A stretch of 64,000 bases of DNA, from NCBI GenBank assembly GCA_037442885.1, contig JBBIPK010000001.1, positions 6,431 to 70,430 of the forward strand. Reading direction: 5' to 3'. Position numbers and translations under genes: made by a program. A model generated the notes under the pieces. The model did not search any database. It saw only the letters and a program-made list of their open reading frames with translations, and was not told the origin of the DNA. This document shows, piece after piece, positions 55,355 through 63,338 of this stretch (position 1 is the stretch's first letter; every line of letters begins with the position of its first letter). This stretch comes from Acidobacteriota bacterium (GTDB lineage Bacteria; Acidobacteriota; Terriglobia; Acidiferrales; 2-02-FULL-67-57).

Positions 55355-56563
55355 ATGCGCGCAATCGGCGAACTGACTCCTCCGCACCGCATCCTGCTCG
55401 CGCCGGGACCCAGCCAGGTAGACCCGCGTGTCTATCGGGCGCTGACGGCACCGGTACTCGGACACCTCGACCCCGAATTCCTCCGCATCATGGACGACGT
55501 CCAGGTGCTGCTGCGGCGCGTCTTCCAGACTGAAAACCGACTCACCTTCCCTGTCTCCGGCACCGGCAGCGCCGGAATGGAAACCGCGATGACGAATCTC
55601 ATCGAACCCGGCGATGAAGTCATCGTGTGCGTCGGCGGGCACTTTGGGGCGCGAATGGCAGACATGGCGGAGCGCGCGGGAGCCCGGCTGGCGCGGCTGG
55701 AAACGCAGCCGGGAACCGCCGTCGACCCAGAAAGGGCGCGCGCCGCAGCGAAGGGAAAACGGGTCAAGCTCATCGCCATCGTCCACGGTGAAACTTCGAC
55801 CGGCGTTCTCCAGCCCATCGCCCCCTACCGCGAAGTGGCCGACGAATGCGGCGCCCTGCTCGTAGTGGACACGGTGGCTACGCTCGGCGGCATGACCGTG
55901 GCGACCGACCGTGAGCGCATTGACGTCTGCTTCGCAGCATCGCAGAAGTGCCTGGGCGCACCCCCCGGCCTCGCTCCCTTCACCGCTTCCCCGCGCGTCG
56001 AAGAAGTCCTCCAGCAACGCAAATCCCGGATCACCTCCTGGTACTTCGATCTCACGACCATCATGAACTACTGGGGGCACGAGCGAACGTATCATCACAC
56101 CGCCCCCATCAGCATGGTCTACGCGCTGCGGGAAGCGCTCCGGCTGGTGGAAGAAGAAGGATTGGCCGCGCGCTGGGAGCGCCATCACCGCAACCAACAG
56201 GCCTTGGTGGCGGGATTGGAGGCCATGGGACTGGAACTCCTGGTTCCGCCCGCCCACCGGATGTGGACCGTAACTGCCGTGAAAGTGCCCGCGGGCGTCA
56301 ACGACGCGAACGTGCGCCGGGCGCTGCTAGAGGAGTTCAACATCGAAATTGCCGGCGGCCTGGGCGAGCTGAAGGGCAAGATCTGGCGCGTCGGCCTGAT
56401 GGGCGGCAGCTCGACGCGCGCGAACGTCCTGCTGTTTCTCGCCGCGCTGGAGAAATGCCTGCTCGACGAAGGCTACGCCTCCAAGGGCGGGCCGGGCGCC
56501 GGCGTCGCCGCCGCCGAGCAGATCTACTTGCAAACCCCGGCCCCAGCTGGTGAACCGGTGTAA
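55355..56563 (+). CDS. Class V PLP aminotransferase (alanine-glyoxylate / serine-pyruvate aminotransferase type)
   Basis: 'LLAPGPSQVDPRV', 'VHGETSTGV' and 'ASQKCLGAPPGL' (PLP lysine context). The start is ATG 55355 with GGAG 8 nt upstream. Confidence 0.88.
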   Translation: MRAIGELTPPHRILLAPGPSQVDPRVYRALTAPVLGHLDPEFLRIMDDVQVLLRRVFQTENRLTFPVSGTGSAGMETAMTNLIEPGDEVIVCVGGHFGARMADMAERAGARLARLETQPGTAVDPERARAAAKGKRVKLIAIVHGETSTGVLQPIAPYREVADECGALLVVDTVATLGGMTVATDRERIDVCFAASQKCLGAPPGLAPFTASPRVEEVLQQRKSRITSWYFDLTTIMNYWGHERTYHHTAPISMVYALREALRLVEEEGLAARWERHHRNQQALVAGLEAMGLELLVPPAHRMWTVTAVKVPAGVNDANVRRALLEEFNIEIAGGLGELKGKIWRVGLMGGSSTRANVLLFLAALEKCLLDEGYASKGGPGAGVAAAEQIYLQTPAPAGEPV

Positions 56564-56585
56564 GCTCATCCCTGGACGCGAAAGC

Positions 56586-56972
56586 ATGGAAATCCCCACC
56601 AAAGCCATGCATCAAGTCGCGCAGGTCATGTCGGAGCTGGTCGAGCCGTTTGACGTCACCGGCGGGCTCACGGGCGAGACCTACCACGTGCGCTTCTCTC
56701 ACCTCTGGGTAGCGATTTCGACCCGGCACAGCGACACCGTGGATTGCAAGTTCCTGGTGAATGGTCGTGGGGTAATTGTCGCGCTGGCCCATCCGGGCTA
56801 CGTGCTCTTCCACCAACGCATGGGCCGGCGGTTGAGCGACCGCGAAGCCGCCCACATCGCCGCCGCCTACCTCCGCCAGTGCCTGCAAGACGACCTGGTC
56901 GGCGACCACACCGTTCTTTATCTCTCCCCCGAGGAGGTCCTGGCTTGGGCCGAGCGCCTCGGCTTCCTGTAG
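56586..56972 (+). CDS. Hypothetical protein (128 aa)
   Basis: The ORF follows the aminotransferase gene by 22 nt. A small hairpin gaaccc-ttca-gggttc follows its stop. No motif was recognised. An alternative start is GTG 56550. Confidence 0.55.
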   Translation: MEIPTKAMHQVAQVMSELVEPFDVTGGLTGETYHVRFSHLWVAISTRHSDTVDCKFLVNGRGVIVALAHPGYVLFHQRMGRRLSDREAAHIAAAYLRQCLQDDLVGDHTVLYLSPEEVLAWAERLGFL

Positions 56973-57365
56973 CGAACCCTTCAGGGTTCCACTTCTCCAG
57001 CTTGGCGGCCTCTTGAAAGAACTGTTAGGCGTCCGAAAGACTTTCGTCGAACGGCTCGCCCCGTTCGGCGGCCTCGAAAATCTGCCCGCAATCAAGACAT
57101 TCCAGGAAGGTCGTGGCCTCGTCCTGGGCAATCAGTCGCGTGCGGGCATGTGGGCAGGTTCGCAACGGCTGATTGGATCCGGCAGGCTGGCTAACGGCAG
57201 TTCCCCTTTTGGGCGATACCCCGAACCTATTATCCCAGATTCCGAGTGTCCTGCTTTGCGGGGGAGCTGAAGTCCCTGGTGGCCTGTCCTGAGCAGAGTC
57301 GAAGGGCACCCGCCTGGGGGAACACTCCAAAAAGTTCGTCTCCGAGGAGACGCGGCGGAGGCGTA

Positions 57366-57371
57366 TATAAT
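57366..57371 (+). promoter_or_regulatory. Candidate -10 box (TATAAT) for the decarboxylase gene
   Basis: GTATATAATTTCG lies 88 nt upstream of ATG 57460. The putative 5' UTR contains hairpins (57384-57412 and 57425-57437). Confidence 0.3.
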
Positions 57372-57459
57372 TTCGACTTGAGCCCGAGCGGAAAATCGAG
57401 ATCCGCTCTCGGATTGCGCGGCCAGCCCGATTCGGGCCTGCGGTCTGTGGGGAGGGCAG

Positions 57460-58893
57460 ATGCCAGAAGAGAAAAGCTTCCACATGACCACCGAGGAGTT
57501 TCGCCGCCACGGGCGGGCGGTCGTAGACTGGATCGCGGACTACTACGACCGCCTGGAGTCGCTCCCGGTGTTGTCGCCGGTGAAACCCGGCGCCATCCGC
57601 GCTGCCCTGCCCGCGACGCCGCCGGCGGTGGGCGAGCCCTTCGAGGCCATCCTCCAGGATGTTGAGCGCGTGCTCCTGCCCGGCATTACCCACTGGCAGT
57701 CGCCCAACTTCTTCGCCTACTTCCCCGCCAACGCCTCCCCGCCGGCCATCCTGGGCGAGCTGCTCGCGGCCGGCCTCGGCGTGCAGGGAATGCTTTGGGT
57801 CACGAGCCCCGCCTGCACGGAGCTCGAAACCCACGTGCTCGACTGGCTCGTCGGGATGCTCGACCTGCCCGAAAAATTTCTCTCCACCGGCACCGGCGGC
57901 GGCGTCATCCAGGACACCGCCTCGAGCGCCACGCTCTGCGCCCTGCTGGCAGCGCGCGAGCGCGCCACGCAGTTCAGCGTCAACCAGCGCGGCGGCGACG
58001 CCCGCCTCACCGCTTACGCCTCCACCCAGGCGCACTCCTCCGTCGAAAAAGCGGTCAAGATCGCCGGGCTCGGCCGCGCGAACCTCCGCCTCATCGAGGT
58101 GGACGATACCTTCGCGATGCGCCCCGCGGCGCTGGCAGCCAAGATGGAGGACGACCGCCGCGCCGGCCGCGTGCCGTGTTTCGTCTGTGCCACTGTGGGA
58201 ACGACCTCATCGAACGCTCTCGACCCCCTGGCCGAGATCGGCGCCATCTGCCAGCAGCACGGTGCCTGGCTCCATGTGGACGCCGCCATGTCCGGCACCG
58301 CCGCGCTCTGTCCCGAGTTCCGCTTCATCCACCGCGGGCTGGAACTGGCCGATAGCTACTGCTTCAATCCCCACAAGTGGATGTTCACCAACTTCGACTG
58401 CGACTGCTTTTACGTCGCCGACCGCCGCATCTTGATTGAAACCTTGAGCGTCCTCCCCGAATACCTCCGTAACCCCGCCAGCGAATCCGGCACCGTCTTT
58501 GACTACCGCGACTGGCAGATCCCGCTCGGGCGGCGTTTCCGTGCCCTCAAGCTCTGGTTCGTCATCCGCCACTACGGCGTCGAGGGTCTGCGCCACCACA
58601 TCCGTCGGCACGTCGCGCTGGCGCACCAGTTCGCCGCCTGGGTGCGAGCCGACGCACGCTTCGAGCTGGCCGCGCCCGTCCCGCTCAACCTCGTCTGCTT
58701 CCGTCATCGCGGCGGCGAGGCAGCCAACCAGACGCTGCTCGACCGCCTCAACCAGAGCGGCGCGCTCCATCTCACGCACACGCGCCTGAACGACAAACTC
58801 ACCCTCCGCCTTTCCATCGGCCAGACGCGCACCGAAGCCCGCCACGTCGAGCGCGCCTGGCAGCTCCTCCAGGCCGAAGCCTCCCGCCTCTGA
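57460..58893 (+). CDS. Group II PLP-dependent decarboxylase, aromatic-L-amino-acid decarboxylase type
   Basis: 'EEFRRHGRAVVDWIADYY', 'GITHWQSPNFFAYFP' and 'NPHKWMFTNFDCDCFY' (PLP lysine). SD GGGGAGGG precedes ATG 57460. An alternative start, ATG 57484 (MTTEEF), fits the homologous N-termini as recalled. Confidence 0.9.
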   Translation: MPEEKSFHMTTEEFRRHGRAVVDWIADYYDRLESLPVLSPVKPGAIRAALPATPPAVGEPFEAILQDVERVLLPGITHWQSPNFFAYFPANASPPAILGELLAAGLGVQGMLWVTSPACTELETHVLDWLVGMLDLPEKFLSTGTGGGVIQDTASSATLCALLAARERATQFSVNQRGGDARLTAYASTQAHSSVEKAVKIAGLGRANLRLIEVDDTFAMRPAALAAKMEDDRRAGRVPCFVCATVGTTSSNALDPLAEIGAICQQHGAWLHVDAAMSGTAALCPEFRFIHRGLELADSYCFNPHKWMFTNFDCDCFYVADRRILIETLSVLPEYLRNPASESGTVFDYRDWQIPLGRRFRALKLWFVIRHYGVEGLRHHIRRHVALAHQFAAWVRADARFELAAPVPLNLVCFRHRGGEAANQTLLDRLNQSGALHLTHTRLNDKLTLRLSIGQTRTEARHVERAWQLLQAEASRL

Positions 58894-58939
58894 CCCGTTG
58901 ACGCCTTCGCTCACCGCAACTGATCAACCAACTATGGAC

Positions 58940-58968
58940 TTGCCTCGCAGGCGGTGGGGAAACATAAT
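58940..58968 (+). promoter_or_regulatory. Candidate sigma70-type promoter for the AI-2E transporter gene
   Basis: TTGCCT (58940-45), a 17-nt spacer, then CATAAT (58963-68), about 40 nt upstream of ATG 59010. Confidence 0.35.
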
Positions 58969-59009
58969 CGGCGCGGCGCGAAACCTCGCGTTGCCCATTC
59001 AGGAGTCGG

Positions 59010-60050
59010 ATGCGCGTCTGGCTGTGGCTGCTGTTAGCGCTCCTGCTGTTCCTAAGCTACCGGATTGTCGCGCCCTTCCTAGTGCCGCTGGCCTGGGCGG
59101 GAGTCTTGGCCATCTGCTTCTTCCCGCTGCACCGGCGGATTCGCGAACGACTGCGCCGGCCCAACCTGGCTGCCCTGGCCACGACCCTCCTAGTTACGCT
59201 CGTGATCATTGTGCCGGTGGTATGGTTGATGGGGAGTTTCGCCGCGGAAGGAATCGAAGCGCTTCAGAGCCTCCGGCAGGAGTGGCAGGCGGGACGCCTG
59301 CCCGCGGTCGAGTGGGTGCGCCAGAACTTGCCGGTCGAACGCGTCGAGGCGTGGCTCGCAAACTACGCCAAGCTGAACCCCCAGGAGATCGAAGAATTGA
59401 CGATGAAACAGGTCGAGCGACTGGCGGGATACCTGGCGGGGAAGGCGGGCACGCTCGCCCGCAACCTGCTCGTCTTCGTGCTGGACTTGTTTGTGGTCAT
59501 CCTGGCCACTTTCTATTTCTTCCGCGATGGCCCCCAGGCGGTAGCGCGGTTGCGCAGCGTCGTGCCGCTGGACGAAGTCCACCGCGAGCGGTTGTTCCGC
59601 ACTGCTCACGACGTGTTGTATGCCAGCGTCTATGCGAGCTTCCTCATCGCCATCCTGCAGGGAGCTCTGGGCGGGTTGCTCTTCTGGATCCTCGGCATTC
59701 GTTCCCCGGTCTTTTGGGGCGTGGTGATGGCCTTCTTTTCCCTCCTGCCGCTGGTGGGAGCCTGGGTGGTCTGGCTGCCGGCGGCTGTTTTCCTCCTGCT
59801 GGGGGGAGAGGTGGCGCGCGGGATTATTCTTGTCGTGGTCGGGGCATTGGTGGTGGGATTGGTAGATAATGTAATGCGCCCCTGGCTGATGAGCGGGCGG
59901 TTGCAATTGAACGGCTTGCTGATTTTTGTCAGCATCCTAGGCGGACTGGCCGCCTTTGGAGCCATTGGCATCATCCTGGGGCCGATGGTGATGGCGCTCG
60001 GTCTGGCGGTGCTCGACGCTTACACCGCCACCCCCCAGGCAGCGGGCTAG
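59010..60050 (+). CDS. AI-2E family (PerM/YdiK-like) transporter
   Basis: About 8 TM helices with 'FYFFRDG' and 'SLLPLVGAWVVWLPAAVFLLL', typical of the family. SD AGGAG. Confidence 0.85.
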   Translation: MRVWLWLLLALLLFLSYRIVAPFLVPLAWAGVLAICFFPLHRRIRERLRRPNLAALATTLLVTLVIIVPVVWLMGSFAAEGIEALQSLRQEWQAGRLPAVEWVRQNLPVERVEAWLANYAKLNPQEIEELTMKQVERLAGYLAGKAGTLARNLLVFVLDLFVVILATFYFFRDGPQAVARLRSVVPLDEVHRERLFRTAHDVLYASVYASFLIAILQGALGGLLFWILGIRSPVFWGVVMAFFSLLPLVGAWVVWLPAAVFLLLGGEVARGIILVVVGALVVGLVDNVMRPWLMSGRLQLNGLLIFVSILGGLAAFGAIGIILGPMVMALGLAVLDAYTATPQAAG

Positions 60051-60104
60051 AGCGAGTCCAGATCGAAACCACACGCATCCTAACCAGGGGAGGCGGGAGA
60101 ACAG

Positions 60105-62543
60105 ATGAAGACGAAGACAGCTGCACCAGCGCGCGAGCTGAAGGCGGAGGAGCTCCGCTGGCAGTGCGATACGTCCCTGCTCAAGTTCGAGACGACGGCG
60201 GAGATCCCGCCGCTCGAAGGCATCATCGGCCAGGAGCGCGCCCTCCGTGCCCTCGAGCTGGGCGTGGAACTCTATGCGCCGGGCTACAACGTCTTTGTCT
60301 GCGGCCTCTCCGGCACCGGCCGCATGACCACCGTCAAGACGTTGCTCGAGCGCATTCGCCCCTCGTGTCCGCCCGCACCCGACCGCTGCTATGTCCACAA
60401 CTTCGCCCATCCCGAGCAGCCGCGCCTGCTCACGCTGCCCCGCGGAAAAGGAACCCCGTTCGCCAAGGACTTTGACCGCGCCATCGATTTCCTCTCCACC
60501 CGCATCCCGCAGCGCTTCGAGGACGAAAGCTTCGCCAAGGCGCGCCAACGCATCCTGGAGCGTTACACGGAACAGGAGAAGGAAATCCTCCAAGGGTTCC
60601 GCGAGCAGCTCAAGAAGCAGGACTTCATGCTGGCCGACCTGGGGCCGGCGGGCCCGGCGGTGCTGCCGGTGGTGGAAGGCGAAGCCGTGCAGCTCGAGCA
60701 GCTGGAGAAGCTGGTGGAAGCCGGTCAACTAGCCCCCGAGCGCGCCCAGGAGATCGAAGGCAAGCAGGAGGAGTTGCAGCGGCACTTTGCCGAACTCTAC
60801 CGGCGAACCTTGCAAATCCAGCGGGCGATGAACCTGGAAATGGAGCTGCTGGAGCGGGAAACGGCCTCGACGCTCGTGGACACAGTCATCGAAGAGCTCA
60901 AGGAAAAGTACCCCCATCCCGGCATCAGCGAGCACCTCGAGGACGTGCGCAGCAGTATCCTCGAGAATCTCGCCCTCTTCAAAGCCAAAGCGCCGCCGCC
61001 CGAGGAAGCACTGATGCCGAAGACGGGCGGAGCGGTCGTCACCGATTCCTACCGCATCTACCGCGTGAATCCCGTCCTCGTGCACGAAAAGGACGAGGAA
61101 TGCCCCATCCTCATCGAAACCACCCCCAGCTACGCCAACGTCTTCGGCTCCATCCAGCGCAACTACGACCTGCGCGGCGTCGTGCACTCCGACCACATGG
61201 ACATTCGCGGCGGCTCCTTGCTCGAAGCCGACGGCGGCTACCTCGTCCTCAACGCCATCGATGTCCTGCTCGAACCCGGCGTCTGGCCTTCCCTCAAGCG
61301 CACCCTGATCTTCCGGCAGCTCGAGATTCAGACCTTTGACTGGTTGACGCGGCTGGCGGGCGGCACCCTCAAGCCCGAGCCGATCGAAGTCAACGTCAAG
61401 GTGCTCCTGGTGGGCGAACGCCACCTCTACGACCTGCTCTACGCCTTCGAAGAGGACTTCAAGAAGATTTTCAAGGTCAAGGCCGACTTCGACACCGAAA
61501 TGAATCGAACGAAAGAGGGGGTATCGCAGTACGCGGGCTTGCTCCGCAAACTCTGCGAGGAGGACAAGCTCTGCGCCTTTGACCAGTCCGCGGTCGCCGC
61601 CGTCGTCGAATTCGGCGTGCGCCGCGCCGGCCGCCAAGACAAGCTAAGCACCCGCTTTTCCGAGATCGCCGACCTAGCGCGCGAGTCCCACTACTGGGCG
61701 CAGAAGGCGGGGTCGAAAATCTGCCGGCGGGAGCACGTCGAGAAGGCCATCGAAGCGCACATGGAGCGGCATAACCTGGTGGAAGAAAAAATCCAGGAGA
61801 TGATCGAGAAGAACGTGCTGCTGATTGACGTCACCGGCCAGCGCATCGGGCAAGTGAACGGCCTCTCGGTCTTCGACGTCGGCAGTTACGCCTTTGGCCG
61901 GCCGGTGCGGATCACCGCCTCCGTGGCCATGGGCCGCGGCGGCATCATCAACATCGAACGGGAAGCCAACCTGAGCGGGCGCGTCTACGACAAAGGCGTA
62001 CAGATTCTGGCTGGCTACCTTCGGCAGAAGTTCGCCCAGGACAAGCCGCTCTCGCTCGCCGCCAGTGTCTGCTTCGAGCAGTCCTATTCCGGCGTCGACG
62101 GCGACAGCGCCAGCTCCACCGAAGTCTATGCGTTGCTGTCGGCGCTCTCCGGCCTCCCCCTGCGCCAGGACGTCGCCGTGACCGGCTCGGTGAACCAGAA
62201 GGGCGACATCCAAGCCATCGGGGGAATCAACTACAAGATCGAGGGCTTCTACGCCGTCTGCAAAGCCAAGGGGTTGACCGGCACGCAAGGCGTCATCCTG
62301 CCCAAGGAGAACGTGCCCGACCTGATGTTGCGGCAGGAAGTGGTGGACGCCGTCAAGGCGGGCAAGTTCCACCTCTGGCCAATCGAGACCATTGACCAGG
62401 GAATCGAAATCCTCACCGGGGTCAAAGCGGGCGAGCGCGGGCCCGACGGCCAGTTCGAGCCAGACAGCGTCAACGCCCTCGCCGACCGCCGCCTCCGCGA
62501 ACTCGCCGAAGGCCTGAAAGCTTTCGACGGGCGGGGCCCGTGA
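60105..62543 (+). CDS. Lon-like protease of the LonC/COG1067 type (AAA-like domain with degenerate Walker motifs, long coiled-coil insertion, S16 protease domain)
   Basis: The Walker A position reads 'GLSGTGRMT' (Arg instead of Lys) and the Walker B position reads 'LVLNAIDVL' (no DE). A helical insertion of about 150 aa follows ('ARQRILERYTEQEKEILQGF...LEMELLERE'). The C-terminal part has 'VDGDSASS' (Ser) and 'GGINYKIEGF' (Lys). Confidence 0.82.
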   Translation: MKTKTAAPARELKAEELRWQCDTSLLKFETTAEIPPLEGIIGQERALRALELGVELYAPGYNVFVCGLSGTGRMTTVKTLLERIRPSCPPAPDRCYVHNFAHPEQPRLLTLPRGKGTPFAKDFDRAIDFLSTRIPQRFEDESFAKARQRILERYTEQEKEILQGFREQLKKQDFMLADLGPAGPAVLPVVEGEAVQLEQLEKLVEAGQLAPERAQEIEGKQEELQRHFAELYRRTLQIQRAMNLEMELLERETASTLVDTVIEELKEKYPHPGISEHLEDVRSSILENLALFKAKAPPPEEALMPKTGGAVVTDSYRIYRVNPVLVHEKDEECPILIETTPSYANVFGSIQRNYDLRGVVHSDHMDIRGGSLLEADGGYLVLNAIDVLLEPGVWPSLKRTLIFRQLEIQTFDWLTRLAGGTLKPEPIEVNVKVLLVGERHLYDLLYAFEEDFKKIFKVKADFDTEMNRTKEGVSQYAGLLRKLCEEDKLCAFDQSAVAAVVEFGVRRAGRQDKLSTRFSEIADLARESHYWAQKAGSKICRREHVEKAIEAHMERHNLVEEKIQEMIEKNVLLIDVTGQRIGQVNGLSVFDVGSYAFGRPVRITASVAMGRGGIINIEREANLSGRVYDKGVQILAGYLRQKFAQDKPLSLAASVCFEQSYSGVDGDSASSTEVYALLSALSGLPLRQDVAVTGSVNQKGDIQAIGGINYKIEGFYAVCKAKGLTGTQGVILPKENVPDLMLRQEVVDAVKAGKFHLWPIETIDQGIEILTGVKAGERGPDGQFEPDSVNALADRRLRELAEGLKAFDGRGP

Positions 62544-62590
62544 TCCGTGGCCCGTTATGGGTTTTCGTCATAATCGCGCGGCCAACTAAT

Positions 62591-63328
62591 GTGAGACGCA
62601 CACTGATTCTTCTCCTTGTGGGTTTTCTCCTCTCCGCACCGGCAGTATCCGCCCCGAAGAAGCGCTGTGGGCATTCTCACGGGGCTCAACCACCAAGTGC
62701 GATGGATTTGCTGCGCAGGCTTGAACAAACCATGTGGAAACAGGCACTGGGCGTGTGGAAGCCGGAAGGACCATGGATTGTACCTCTCGGGATGCAGGCG
62801 TTTCAATTGAACAAGGACTGCTGCATTGATTTTACCGTTGATATGCATGCGGGCGATTTTTTTATGGGCTTAGAACCTGTGGAAGCCCCAAATGGCCCAA
62901 GGTTTCGCAAGGGGACTGAATTTGTTCACCACTACCCCGACAAGCTAACGGTTTGGGTTCAGGTAATCGAGGCTTCTGAATCTGACCTTGGCTACCCATG
63001 TAATAAGGTCCTAAAGATCGGTCTTGAGAACCCCACCAGCGCGGAAGATCTTGTGAAGTCGCTCCGCTTTGAAGCGCAGTGGAAGCGCGGCTTTGAGCTC
63101 CGGTCCGCCCAAATCCTGTCCGTTGAACTCTCCCAGCCCGACTGGCCGGAATGGAGATGGACACATTTCTGGCTTTATGTATTGACCATCCCGGCTGAGC
63201 GCATCCCACTCACCGACAACCTTGTCGTTTCAGTGTTCTTAGGGAGCGGCGAAGAATCTCAGTTGCTTGGCCGTTTTTCAGGACGCCCGGATTACTCTCC
63301 TCCGGTTTGGCCAAATCCCCAACATTGA
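62591..63328 (+). CDS. Orphan secreted protein with atypical (lower GC, A/T-ending codon) composition
   Basis: GTG 62591 gives a canonical signal peptide 'MRRTLILLLVGFLLSAPAVSA'. The alternative is GTG 62540, which overlaps the Lon-like stop as GTGA. The coding sequence is visibly less GC-rich than its neighbours. No motif was recognised. Confidence 0.6.
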   Translation: MRRTLILLLVGFLLSAPAVSAPKKRCGHSHGAQPPSAMDLLRRLEQTMWKQALGVWKPEGPWIVPLGMQAFQLNKDCCIDFTVDMHAGDFFMGLEPVEAPNGPRFRKGTEFVHHYPDKLTVWVQVIEASESDLGYPCNKVLKIGLENPTSAEDLVKSLRFEAQWKRGFELRSAQILSVELSQPDWPEWRWTHFWLYVLTIPAERIPLTDNLVVSVFLGSGEESQLLGRFSGRPDYSPPVWPNPQH

Positions 63329-63338
63329 CCTCTGAGAG

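Noticed and set aside
57025-57156. A possible 44-codon minus-strand small ORF with a zinc-ribbon flavour ('RTCPHARTRL...ECLDCGQIF').
   Set aside because: The only available start is a TTG and there is no SD. The first half-site has lost its second Cys (CPHA rather than CPxC). It is the tail of a 336-aa antisense shadow ORF. The evidence is insufficient.
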